From IMG/VR virus record IMGVR_UViG_3300020220_003261: 64,000 nt of DNA; one strand, written 5' to 3'. The position numbers were made by a program, and so were the translations under genes. This document shows positions 38,561 to 48,554 of the stretch, piece after piece (the stretch's first letter is position 1; every line of letters starts with the position of its first letter). The DNA is from a virus. The notes beneath the pieces are model-generated. The model saw only the letters and a program-made list of their open reading frames with translations. It did not search any database and was not told the DNA's origin.

Positions 38561-39865
38561 ATGATGAATTTTTTGTTTGAAGATATTAAAGAATTAAAAA
38601 ATTTTATTGCATGTAAAGATCTTTGTCCTTCAGGTATTCCAAGATTTGGAGTTTCACCATTAGTTAATGTTATAAACATTCTCATATACGAAAAAAAACA
38701 TGGATTCAAATCTGTTGAGGTTGAGTGTGATAATTACATAATTTCAGCGGGTGTTAACCATAGTCCAGATGATTGGACAGGGTATAATCCGAGAGTTGAA
38801 AGTCTATTCAGTTACTTAAATGAAAAATACCTTAACGATTTAAGAAGTGGAAAGGCACTCATTATGTTAGATCAAAGTTTTGAAGGGTACCAAACTAATT
38901 GGTTATGGGAATGGTTTCATCAAGAATGTTCAAATCATAATATTCCCCCACAATCAATTGTATATGTGACGGGTAACATGATTGTAGATGAGGTATATAC
39001 AGAATGGGCAGATAAAAATAATATCAATGAAAGAATAAAACCAATTGGTTATCCACATTTTGAAATTGATGTAGCAATGAATGCAATAAACAGACCTACA
39101 GTTTCAAATCAACTACCATTACCAACATTCAAAGAACATGTGGAATATAAAAGTAAAAATAAGATAAAAACTTTTTCATGTCTTAATAAAAGAATTAGAC
39201 CACATAGGGTTTGGTTTTATAATTATTTATTTCACTCAGGATTGATTGAAATGGGTTTGGTGAGTATGAATGAGTTTTATAAAAATTCATATAAATGGGA
39301 AGGAAAAGAAATACCTTTGGATGTAATTGATAAATTAGGAGATTCATTACCACTTAGAGTTTACGGCAAACCAAACGACGAACTCGATGATAATTTTTAT
39401 ATTAATAGATTTAATCCTGAAATTTGTTTAGATACGTATGTTAGTGTCGTTAGTGAAGCACATTGTGGTGATAGTGATCAAACTATGTTTTTGAGTGAAA
39501 AAATATTCAAACCTATTGCAACAAGGCATCCGTTCATGGTAATGGGTAATAAAAATAGTATGAAAAAAATGAGGGAAATTGGTTACAAAACATTTGATGA
39601 ATTTATTGACCAATCTTATGACTCTTTACCTACACACGAAAGATTACAATATCTTATAGAGTGTATAAGAAAAATTGATAATATCGAGGATAAACAATCA
39701 TGGTTTAAATCTATGGAAAACGATGTGGAACATAATTATAATGTTTTAATTGGTAATATATTTAATAAAAAAGTTCCCGCTTTTACAAAATTAGAAGAAT
39801 ACTATAAACAATATTTTAAAATAGAATTTGATGCAACAAAGAAGATACCTACCAACATTATCTGA
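38561..39865 (+). CDS. Orphan GT-like family protein, paralogue 1
   Basis: CLNKRIRPHR ... SVVSE...FLSEKIFKPI...HPFMVMG...GYKTFDEFIDQSYD. Confidence 0.75.
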   Translation: MMNFLFEDIKELKNFIACKDLCPSGIPRFGVSPLVNVINILIYEKKHGFKSVEVECDNYIISAGVNHSPDDWTGYNPRVESLFSYLNEKYLNDLRSGKALIMLDQSFEGYQTNWLWEWFHQECSNHNIPPQSIVYVTGNMIVDEVYTEWADKNNINERIKPIGYPHFEIDVAMNAINRPTVSNQLPLPTFKEHVEYKSKNKIKTFSCLNKRIRPHRVWFYNYLFHSGLIEMGLVSMNEFYKNSYKWEGKEIPLDVIDKLGDSLPLRVYGKPNDELDDNFYINRFNPEICLDTYVSVVSEAHCGDSDQTMFLSEKIFKPIATRHPFMVMGNKNSMKKMREIGYKTFDEFIDQSYDSLPTHERLQYLIECIRKIDNIEDKQSWFKSMENDVEHNYNVLIGNIFNKKVPAFTKLEEYYKQYFKIEFDATKKIPTNII

Positions 39866-40235
39866 ACTTATAGATAGACTGACAATAACACAATTAAAAG
39901 AGGTTAAAATACCAAAACATAAAGAAATGTATGCTCAAGAAATTGCGGATATTGTTCACGATATTCAACTTATCTTAAATAATTCAGATAATGTGATTAC
40001 TGCTGAGCAAATAAGAGCAATTATAGTTTTAGCACAAATGAATGCACATATTTGGTATAACGAATCAAATGTTAGAAGTGGATCCGCGGGTCCAAATATG
40101 TTAGCTCTAACTCATGGTATCAATGGGATTAGAAATACTGCAAAAAATAAAATTCAAGAAGTTGTTGGTGGTAGAAAAGACTATAAAATAGATTGTTTGG
40201 CTGCAGAGTTTAAAGATTGGGAAATTAGTTGGTAA
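39828..40235 (+). CDS. Conserved hypothetical helical protein of sugar clusters
   Basis: YLPTLSELIDRLTITQLKEV...NAHIWYNE...RNTAKNKI. Confidence 0.7.
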   Translation: MMQQRRYLPTLSELIDRLTITQLKEVKIPKHKEMYAQEIADIVHDIQLILNNSDNVITAEQIRAIIVLAQMNAHIWYNESNVRSGSAGPNMLALTHGINGIRNTAKNKIQEVVGGRKDYKIDCLAAEFKDWEISW

Positions 40236-40238
40236 CTT

Positions 40239-41012
40239 ATGTTAAGAGTATATGGAGATAGTTGGACAGAAGGTCAAGGCGCTAACCTTGAAAAAGAAAA
40301 TTCACTAAAGAATAGAGATGAATTACAGAAATTTAGGAATGAATTTTCTTGGGCCAAAGTATTATCTGATAAAATCAATTTAGAACACACAAATGATGGT
40401 TTATCGGGGCACTCAAACTTAAAAATTTTTAATAAAATTTCATCAGACGTAAAGAATGGTATAATTACAAAGAATGACTTAGTGATAATAATGTGGTCAT
40501 CTTCACTTAGAGATACTGTAAACTTTCTTCCTAATAATGAATGGATTAGTTGGTCTGTTAGGCAATTAATAAATACACCTAATAGATTTATAAATTCGTT
40601 TGTAAGTGGAGATGAAAAATACGATAACTTTCTTCAAACATATAAAGAATTATATATAAGTGAACTTTTTAATCAAAATTATTATAACATAGTCAATCAA
40701 AAATATATAATATTTATACAGAAATTATTAGAATTTTATAATGTGAAATATATAATGTGTGACGCATTTGAAAGAATGATCATAGATTTAAATAAAAAAG
40801 ATGATATTACTAAACATATAAATAAAGATTCATATTGGGGTTTTAATAATAAATGTTTTAGAGAGTATCTAACTGAATTAAAAAGAGACGACATTTGGGA
40901 AGTAAAAAATATGACAAAAGATATTTTTTTAAGTCTACATCCTAATAAAATTGGTTATCAAATTATTTCAGATGTTTTATATAATTTTTTAAAAAAATTA
41001 AAATATGTTTAA
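40239..41012 (+). CDS. SGNH/GDSL-like hydrolase or acyltransferase
   Basis: VYGDSWTEG block I, GHSN block II, LHPNKIGY block V. Confidence 0.75.
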   Translation: MLRVYGDSWTEGQGANLEKENSLKNRDELQKFRNEFSWAKVLSDKINLEHTNDGLSGHSNLKIFNKISSDVKNGIITKNDLVIIMWSSSLRDTVNFLPNNEWISWSVRQLINTPNRFINSFVSGDEKYDNFLQTYKELYISELFNQNYYNIVNQKYIIFIQKLLEFYNVKYIMCDAFERMIIDLNKKDDITKHINKDSYWGFNNKCFREYLTELKRDDIWEVKNMTKDIFLSLHPNKIGYQIISDVLYNFLKKLKYV

Positions 41013-41769
41013 ATATTTGAATGATTTAGAAGTAAAAAAATTACTATTTGATTGGAAATACAAAGGATATGCAATTATTGATATGTTATCTATAGAAGAA
41101 TGTAATGATATAAATAATGAATTAAATAAATTGAGAATTAATAGAAATAATAATTTAGAAAAAAATTGGGATATATATGAACCATATATGCACCCACATA
41201 AAGAATCAGAATTAATTGAAAAGATTTTTGCTCATCCTAAGGCAATAGAAGTAATGGAATTACTTTTAGGGAATAATTTAGAGGGAGTTCAAACGTGGGC
41301 GTATTTTAAACCACCCGGTGAATTAGGTAGAGACGCTCACCAAGACGGGTTTTACAGTCAATCTATATGGAACACAATAGCTAATGTTAGTGTTGCACTC
41401 GATGACACCGATGAAACAAATGGAGGTATTTGGGCTTATGAATCTTCCCATTTATTACCACTATTGGAAATTGAGGTTGATGAAGAAAGAATTAAAACAA
41501 ACCCATCCAACTGGAGAAATGAGAGAGGTAAACCTTGTAAAATGCCAAATGGGCATAATTTTTCAAAAGTTTATCCATCATTGAAAAAAGGACAATCATT
41601 TTTAATACATTCACATTTAGTTCATGGTTCAGATGATAACAATTCAGAAAATTTTAGAAGATCAATTCTGATGGGTTATAAAACTATTGGGACACCTATT
41701 AGACAAGGTGAACATATGAAAAGAATTCCGGTTGATGTGTATGAGTTAAGAAATAAATTATGGAATTAA
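41005..41769 (+). CDS. Phytanoyl-CoA dioxygenase (PhyH) family 2OG-Fe(II) oxygenase
   Basis: FKPPG...AHQDGFY (HxD), VALDDTDETNGG, LVHGS..N.S..FRR. Confidence 0.88.
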   Translation: MFKYLNDLEVKKLLFDWKYKGYAIIDMLSIEECNDINNELNKLRINRNNNLEKNWDIYEPYMHPHKESELIEKIFAHPKAIEVMELLLGNNLEGVQTWAYFKPPGELGRDAHQDGFYSQSIWNTIANVSVALDDTDETNGGIWAYESSHLLPLLEIEVDEERIKTNPSNWRNERGKPCKMPNGHNFSKVYPSLKKGQSFLIHSHLVHGSDDNNSENFRRSILMGYKTIGTPIRQGEHMKRIPVDVYELRNKLWN

Positions 41770-42314
41770 TTTGAATAATATAATTCGGGATATTCGACTA
41801 TTATATGTATACCACCTTTTTCATAGACATTTTTATATATCGATTCAATATTTTCCCAAGATAATAAATCGTGAAATTGAATGTTTTTACACATTGATTT
41901 ATATTCATTTATATAATTACCCTTATGTTGGTGACCAGGATCTAAAGGTTTGACTGATCCCTTTCCGAGTCTTATAATCATATTAGGTTTCCATTCACCT
42001 TTACTCATCAAAACAATTTTATCAACGTGATTTACCAATTGATTTGTTGCACATATTAAAAAATCCCATCTTGGATAAAAAGTAATAACAAATTTACCAG
42101 CCATCGCCATTCCTAAAGACATACCCATTTGAGATTCCTCCATTACTGGCAACTCAATAAGTTTATTTTTGGGAACGTTTCCAATCGTTGTGCTCATAGG
42201 ATTCCCATGCCAAACTATTTGTTGACCAATAAAAATCGTATCTTCTTTTTGACCTAGTAATGTCATTGAATTTGTTAACGCATCTTTGTATGGTGTATAT
42301 TCTGGTTTACTCAT
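41766..42314 (-). CDS. ThDP enzyme beta subunit (PYR domain only; transketolase/PDH E1-beta-like)
   Basis: IELPVMEESQMGMSLGMAMAG, FLICATNQLVNH, HKGNY. 182 aa, no C-terminal domain. Confidence 0.85.
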   Translation of the reverse strand: MSKPEYTPYKDALTNSMTLLGQKEDTIFIGQQIVWHGNPMSTTIGNVPKNKLIELPVMEESQMGMSLGMAMAGKFVITFYPRWDFLICATNQLVNHVDKIVLMSKGEWKPNMIIRLGKGSVKPLDPGHQHKGNYINEYKSMCKNIQFHDLLSWENIESIYKNVYEKGGIHIIVEYPELYYSN

Positions 42315-43140
42315 TCTCTATTTTTTTTATAATATTATCTGCAATTATTTTATGACACAATAATGATGGATGGGAATCTTGGGGACAATCATCACCAAAA
42401 AAAGCAAGATCTTCTTTTATTAATAAATTTTCATTTGATTTAATCATATAATCTAAACATTTATAATTTTTTCCCATATAATCGAAGGTTATTAACCTTT
42501 TGTTCAAAAAATCATCCTTCGTGATAACACGAGAATAATCATCTGACCAATTCCAAATCCAACATTTTATACCTTTGCTTTCATAAAATTCAAAAAAAGA
42601 TTTTATATCATTCATTATATTTTCTGCCATATGATTCATCAAATCAGGTAAACCATATAATTTTTTCAATTCCATATATTCATATAATAATCTTTGGTTT
42701 TCTTTGTCTTCATTAATAATTTGCAAATTATGTTTATGACCATCCTTTTCAATTTTTATATGATTTCTCATAATTAGTGATGTTTGTAGAACAATATGAC
42801 TTATTTCACTATAGTCAAATTTACCATCATAATTTGTATTTCTATGTGGGTTGTAATGGTCATCATACAACGGACCATCAACACTTATAACCCCTTTCAA
42901 AAAATTTATACTTGTTTCTTCATTTCCTCCGTTAGACTTTTTAACAACTTCGAATGTATTGAAATGTTGTGCCACAAGTCTTGCAAACCTGTTGGCATAC
43001 ATGTATTGATAATGTGCCTCCGTCAAATATTTAAAATCAAATTTTTCAGGTGGAGGTCTTTTAATCGTAGGCATTTTAGAATAATAATATAAACCTTGAC
43101 CCCATGTGAATGAACAACCTAAAAATATTATTCCATTCAT
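42307..43140 (-). CDS. SGNH-like protein (GCS variant)
   Basis: FLGCSFTWGQG, GGNE, C-terminal DSHPSLLCH. Confidence 0.7.
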   Translation of the reverse strand: MNGIIFLGCSFTWGQGLYYYSKMPTIKRPPPEKFDFKYLTEAHYQYMYANRFARLVAQHFNTFEVVKKSNGGNEETSINFLKGVISVDGPLYDDHYNPHRNTNYDGKFDYSEISHIVLQTSLIMRNHIKIEKDGHKHNLQIINEDKENQRLLYEYMELKKLYGLPDLMNHMAENIMNDIKSFFEFYESKGIKCWIWNWSDDYSRVITKDDFLNKRLITFDYMGKNYKCLDYMIKSNENLLIKEDLAFFGDDCPQDSHPSLLCHKIIADNIIKKIENE

Positions 43141-43961
43141 AGTTTACTTTTCATTTTTTTTATTATGTTATTTGCAAAAATTTGATGACATAGTTTTGAT
43201 GGATGATGATCTTTAGGTGGATTAGCACCAAAATTCTCATAATCTTTAGAAATTTCTAATTCAGGATTTTGATATATCATTTCGTATATGTTACTGTATA
43301 TTTTTTCTTTATATTCTAAATCAATGTATCTTTCACTTAAATATGGATCTTTTTTTATAAAAGGTAAATGATTTGTTTCCCATGAAAATAATAAACATTT
43401 TATACCCTTACTTTCATAAAATTCGAATTTTTTTTTAATTCTTTGGACTTGTTGTTCTGTAAATAAAACAACCCATTCATCAAATTCTAAATTATTTTCA
43501 TCTAACCATTCATGAAACTTATCTAAATTTTCACCAATACCACTTTTCCAAACATAAGACCAATAATCAACACCTTTTAATTTGTAATTAAATTTATTTC
43601 TCCAAATTTGAGATGTTTGTAATATTATAAATTCAAAGTCGTCATAATGAAATCTCTGATCACGAGCAATTAAATGTTCTTTTGGGTTTATTTTTTTATC
43701 TATATCAAATACTTGATCAAAAAAATCAAATGTCTCATCCTCACTACCCCCATTTTGATTTTTAAAAACTTCAAATGTTTTGAAATAATCTGCGACTAAT
43801 CTCGGATATCTTATAGTATTTTTGAATCTTATGTGTGATGTTTTTACTAAATGTGGATCGAATTGCCATTCAGGTGGATACTGAAGTCTATTTAAATCAG
43901 AATAAAAATATAAACCTTGACCCCATGTGAATGAACACCCACCAAATAATAATCCTTTCAT
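43137..43961 (-). CDS. SGNH-like protein (GCS variant), tandem paralogue
   Basis: FGGCSFTWGQG, GGSE, C-terminal DHHPSKLCH. Confidence 0.7.
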   Translation of the reverse strand: MKGLLFGGCSFTWGQGLYFYSDLNRLQYPPEWQFDPHLVKTSHIRFKNTIRYPRLVADYFKTFEVFKNQNGGSEDETFDFFDQVFDIDKKINPKEHLIARDQRFHYDDFEFIILQTSQIWRNKFNYKLKGVDYWSYVWKSGIGENLDKFHEWLDENNLEFDEWVVLFTEQQVQRIKKKFEFYESKGIKCLLFSWETNHLPFIKKDPYLSERYIDLEYKEKIYSNIYEMIYQNPELEISKDYENFGANPPKDHHPSKLCHQIFANNIIKKMKSKL

Positions 43962-44600
43962 TTATTTAATTCGTAAAACTATTGTGTAAAATTTTGATTC
44001 TCCAGTCCAACCATAACTGTCATATTCTATATAACATACGTCATAATCAGATTTAGCGATTTCAATTATATCTTGAACAGATACACCATCTGCATTTTCT
44101 ACTAATATAATTGATGAATAACCTTCAACGTAATTTTGTGCATCTTTTAAAAACTTAGTATGAAATTTCATTTCTTCATCTAATGATATTAATTCTTCGT
44201 GTTCGTTTCTATATCCACCTGGTCTTCTTGTTTTGAAATGTGGAGGATTACTAATAATCGTATCAAATTTATAACTAAATTCAGGAAATGAATCAAAAAC
44301 ATTTGATTCTATAAATTTTGTATTTTTAATATTATTAGTTGATATTGTTTTATCAATATATTCTTTATTCTCAGCATTAATATCACTCAATATTAAGTTT
44401 TCACATTGATAGTTGAAATTGAGATAAAATCCCATGAAGCCAGGGCCACTACACATTTCTAAAACATTTTTTGGCCTTAAATGTTTTTTTACACCCTCAC
44501 TTTTTAGGGCATTAATACCAAAAACGGTTCCACCTCCATCCAATGTTTTGTGATAGTAAACTACCTTTTCATTTATTTTGAATTCTTCCATTTTAAGCAA
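43962..44600 (-). CDS. SAM-dependent amino-methyltransferase (PrmC/small MTase-like)
   Basis: VLEMCSGPG motif I and IISNPPHF motif IV. Confidence 0.8.
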   Translation of the reverse strand: MLKMEEFKINEKVVYYHKTLDGGGTVFGINALKSEGVKKHLRPKNVLEMCSGPGFMGFYLNFNYQCENLILSDINAENKEYIDKTISTNNIKNTKFIESNVFDSFPEFSYKFDTIISNPPHFKTRRPGGYRNEHEELISLDEEMKFHTKFLKDAQNYVEGYSSIILVENADGVSVQDIIEIAKSDYDVCYIEYDSYGWTGESKFYTIVLRIK

Positions 44601-45567
44601 ATTCAGTTTTGTTATCCATATACCATTGATATGTTATTTTTAAACCTTCATCTAAAGAAAATTTTGGTTCCCATCCTAAATTGCTCTTTATTTTATTTGA
44701 ATTAATTCTTCTTGTTGGAATCATAGATGGTTTGCCTTTAATAAATTCTGTTGGAGCGTCATAATCAACAATTTTTTTCATCTTATCGAGAACTTCTAAC
44801 ACAGAATAAACTTGATTTGATCCTACATTATAAACATTATATAATTCTTGTTCTTTTTCCATTATAATTTTTAAAGATTCTACAAAATCATCAACATATA
44901 ATAAATCCCTTAATTCACTTCCATCACCCCATACAGGTATTGGATTCATTTTGTCCGCGACTTTTCTTATTGTTGCAGGTGTAACATGACATTTATTGAA
45001 ATCATACTTGTCATGTGGACCAAAAAGATTTGCTGGTCTTACTACAGTGCATTTCATTTTTCTTGGTAAATGATTACCATACAATTCACATTGAAGTTCC
45101 GCATATCTTTTCATCCAACCAACAGCAAAATATACAGGATATGGTGGATTGAACATAAAGTCCGTTTCAACTACTGGTTCGTCTCCTTTAGGTGGGTAAA
45201 CTGTATTCGAAGAAATGAAAATATAATGTTTTACGTCGTTTCTCCAAGAAGCATCGATTAGAAAATTATTCATTGCAACATTTGGTGTGACATGTAAAAG
45301 AGGGTCTACAATAGTATCGACAGCATTTGATGTTTGAGCCGCACAATGAAACACAACATCGACATTTTTAGTGATATCCATACATTTATCGTGCGTCATT
45401 AAATCACCAACCCAATATTCAATTTGATCATATTTTATTCTTGGTTCTTTTCTATGAACTAAAACTCTTATATTATTGTATCCATTAGAAATTAAATGAT
45501 TAGTTAAATTTTGTCCAACTAATCCTGATCCACCTGTTATAAGTATTTTTGCGTTTTTATCTATCAT
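44593..45567 (-). CDS. NAD-dependent epimerase/dehydratase, GDP-fucose-synthase (WcaG)-like
   Basis: TGGSGLVG, RPANLFGPHD, VWGDGSELRDLLYVDD. Catalytic Tyr position holds Val (VGWMK). Confidence 0.88.
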   Translation of the reverse strand: MIDKNAKILITGGSGLVGQNLTNHLISNGYNNIRVLVHRKEPRIKYDQIEYWVGDLMTHDKCMDITKNVDVVFHCAAQTSNAVDTIVDPLLHVTPNVAMNNFLIDASWRNDVKHYIFISSNTVYPPKGDEPVVETDFMFNPPYPVYFAVGWMKRYAELQCELYGNHLPRKMKCTVVRPANLFGPHDKYDFNKCHVTPATIRKVADKMNPIPVWGDGSELRDLLYVDDFVESLKIIMEKEQELYNVYNVGSNQVYSVLEVLDKMKKIVDYDAPTEFIKGKPSMIPTRRINSNKIKSNLGWEPKFSLDEGLKITYQWYMDNKTEFA

Positions 45568-46340
45568 ATAGAATTTTTAAATATTTTTTTTGCGGCTCTA
45601 CTATGAAATTTCCACATTTCTTCTTCTGTTATTTTTCCCTTATTTAGTTCTTCTTTATAAAATAACTCTTCGTTATATACAAAACTTAAATAAGTAAACC
45701 TGTGAAAATCATTCTTTACGGGTTCTACTTCGTGTATAATATCGTGATTTAAAAAATCCATTATTACAAAATTATCAATTACAGGTTCTACTTTTTCTAG
45801 TTCATTTTCAGTCCTACCCACAACTAAATGTCCACCACCATCAATATAATCTTTTTTATCTGAAAGGTAAATTAAAATAACACAATATCTTTCAGGTGAC
45901 CTACCATCAAAATGCCTTTCGATAAAATCACCATTATCGTAGATGGTAAATGCGTCATGATGTTTTATATTATTTTGTAAATCAGGATATATTTTTGGTA
46001 AGAAACTATTCAAAGTATCCCTCATAAAAGATGTATGTTTTTCAAAATCACCACCTCCACCCTTTTCCCACCATTTTTGTATTATTCTATAATTATTTTT
46101 TTTTATATGATTTTGTCTTTCTTCAATTTCATCAAGACTTGTTACCCAATGTCTTTTATTTTCTTGATCAAGTTGTGGATATTGAAAACGGTATTTATAC
46201 CCTTTTCTAAATCTCGCATTGTAATCCTTGCCGTGTTCACGAACCTCTTCAGCAATTTTTTCAAAGGTTTCCATTTCTTTTATAATTTCATTGGTTTTAC
46301 CTATGTAATAACCACTTTCTAAATAGTCTTGTATATTCAT
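45564..46340 (-). CDS. 2OG-Fe(II) oxygenase
   Basis: TIYDNGDFIERHFDG, GGHL, IIHEVEPV...RFT. Confidence 0.8.
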   Translation of the reverse strand: MNIQDYLESGYYIGKTNEIIKEMETFEKIAEEVREHGKDYNARFRKGYKYRFQYPQLDQENKRHWVTSLDEIEERQNHIKKNNYRIIQKWWEKGGGGDFEKHTSFMRDTLNSFLPKIYPDLQNNIKHHDAFTIYDNGDFIERHFDGRSPERYCVILIYLSDKKDYIDGGGHLVVGRTENELEKVEPVIDNFVIMDFLNHDIIHEVEPVKNDFHRFTYLSFVYNEELFYKEELNKGKITEEEMWKFHSRAAKKIFKNSI

Positions 46341-46341
46341 T

Positions 46342-47274
46342 CTAAATCGTTTTAATATAAAAATTATACGTTTTTTCTAAAGCTTGTTTAAATCCTAATT
46401 TTGGTAAAAGATTATATTTCTCCTGTTTAGTTGTGTCCATTTGTCTTCTTAAATCACCATTTGGTTTTGATGTATCCCAACTGACATCTAAACTTTTACC
46501 ACTAATATTAATTATCTGGTCAACCATATATTTTATTGATATTTCTTCTCCAGAACCAAAGTTTATAATTTCATTTATTTCATCCTCAAAAAGTTGAATA
46601 ATTGCATCTGCTACGTCTCCAGCATATACAAAATCTCTAATTGGTGAACCATCACCCCAGCAATCAATTTTATCAATAGATTCATAAACTTTTTTTATTG
46701 TGGATGAAATAACAGTTCCATTACCACTAAAATCATCATACTCACCAAAAATGTTAGCGGGTCTAACAATTGACCATCTATTATAATTGTATTGAACTTC
46801 ATATGCCCCTATTAGTATTTCACCCATTCTTTTACTCCATGAGGGAAACCAATCCGCTTCAGACGGAAGAGTCTTCCAAACTGTATCTTCCATAAACTTT
46901 TCAGCTGGTGCATAAACACCAACAGAACTAACGAATACTAACCATATATTATTGATTGCACATTGATTGATAATTTCTGTGTTTATCTTGAAAGAAGGTA
47001 ACAAAAAATCAACTGGTTTAGTTTTTGCCCTGATAGGAGAACCCTTTATGCCAAATGTGTTCAAAACAACATCTGGCTTTTCATAGAAAAATAAATTCTT
47101 GATGTTTTGATCATCAGTCAAATCTAATTTATAAAATATGAAATTATCTGACATCGGTAAATTTTGAGATTCCCTAATGTCTATACCAATAACAAAATAA
47201 CCCTTTTCTAAACATTTATTTACTAAATGAATACCAACTAATCCACTACAACCCGTTATTAAAATCTTTTTCAT
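46342..47274 (-). CDS. NAD-dependent epimerase/dehydratase, WcaG-like
   Basis: TGCSGLVG, RPANIFGEYD, WGDGSPIRDFVYAGD. Catalytic Tyr position holds Pro (PSWSK). Confidence 0.88.
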   Translation of the reverse strand: MKKILITGCSGLVGIHLVNKCLEKGYFVIGIDIRESQNLPMSDNFIFYKLDLTDDQNIKNLFFYEKPDVVLNTFGIKGSPIRAKTKPVDFLLPSFKINTEIINQCAINNIWLVFVSSVGVYAPAEKFMEDTVWKTLPSEADWFPSWSKRMGEILIGAYEVQYNYNRWSIVRPANIFGEYDDFSGNGTVISSTIKKVYESIDKIDCWGDGSPIRDFVYAGDVADAIIQLFEDEINEIINFGSGEEISIKYMVDQIINISGKSLDVSWDTSKPNGDLRRQMDTTKQEKYNLLPKLGFKQALEKTYNFYIKTI

Positions 47275-48554
47275 AAATTTTTATTTATCAAACTTTTAAA
47301 AAAATTAAAATCATAATTATCGTCTGCTAATGACATCACTTTAATTTTATTTTCCCATAATCTCCTTTCATTTTTTTTATAAAATTCGATGATACTATTT
47401 TTATTTTTTATTAGTCTTGTGACCTCATTAAAAAATTTGAAAAACCTTTCTCTTGGATCAAAAATCGTATCATAATCATGGTTAATAATATCTTCAAATA
47501 AATCGAAATTGTAAATGTATTTTAACTTACTCACATGATTGTGTGATGCCAAAAATATTGGTAATTGAAAAAAATACATCGGTTTTATTGATTTCTCACT
47601 AATATGGACATCATCGACAAAATATGCAGATTCAGTAACACAGTTGATAAAGTTGTTTTCGTAACTTTTTAATTCAAATATCTTCCCCCAATTAATTCTA
47701 CCATGATTATCAAAATCATCAAACCAATTTTTATCCTCTTCAAACATACTTTTTTTTATATCTAAATTATTAAAATAGTCTATTTCGGGTTTAATTCTTT
47801 CAATTTCATTATTGGTAAAAATATTTCTATAAAATTGATAATCAATACCATTTAAATTTCTTTTTTTATGTTCCCAACCCATAACCAAAGACCAATCAAA
47901 TTCGTGCAATATGTTGTATTTTTTTAAAAGAACTAATAACGAATACCTATGAGGTTTTGGTGTTCTATTGTGACACATAAATAAACAACCTTCTTTTTCT
48001 GTCACATATTTACTTTCAAAATGTGATATATTAAGTGCGGTAATTTTAGGAAGAAATCTTATACTATGAACATTTATATCTGTATTGTGTTTCTTTTTAT
48101 AGTCATTTAAATTTGAATTATTATTTATAAAATAAACTTTTTTATGTGGTATACTAACTTTATCTAAATGATAAATTAATTTAGTTAATGCTTTTTCGGG
48201 TTCATACTCGTGTTCAGAAACAAGGCCTAAATAAAAATTATCGTTAGATTTTAAATAATTAATTACCTCATCTGAGATTGGGAGACGATTAATATCCTTC
48301 AACATACTATGTATATCTTGTATATTATTTATAAAATAATAAAAATTTTCATTTGGTTTATCTGTTATTTCACTTAGTTTATAAGATTTACAATTTCTAA
48401 ATTTATAAAAATTTAATAATCCCTCTACTTTTCTTACTTTGAAATCTCCCTTTACTATGTTTTTACCATTTTCGATTGGCATTTCATTATCCCATATGTC
48501 ATATACTAAATTTAAGTAATCCATATTTAAATTTCTAAATTTAAGATATTCCAA
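47271..48554 (-). CDS. Orphan GT-like family protein, paralogue 2
   Basis: CHNRTPKPHR ... NCVTES...ISEKSIKP...LFEDIINHDYD. Confidence 0.75.
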   Translation of the reverse strand: MEYLKFRNLNMDYLNLVYDIWDNEMPIENGKNIVKGDFKVRKVEGLLNFYKFRNCKSYKLSEITDKPNENFYYFINNIQDIHSMLKDINRLPISDEVINYLKSNDNFYLGLVSEHEYEPEKALTKLIYHLDKVSIPHKKVYFINNNSNLNDYKKKHNTDINVHSIRFLPKITALNISHFESKYVTEKEGCLFMCHNRTPKPHRYSLLVLLKKYNILHEFDWSLVMGWEHKKRNLNGIDYQFYRNIFTNNEIERIKPEIDYFNNLDIKKSMFEEDKNWFDDFDNHGRINWGKIFELKSYENNFINCVTESAYFVDDVHISEKSIKPMYFFQLPIFLASHNHVSKLKYIYNFDLFEDIINHDYDTIFDPRERFFKFFNEVTRLIKNKNSIIEFYKKNERRLWENKIKVMSLADDNYDFNFFKSLINKNL

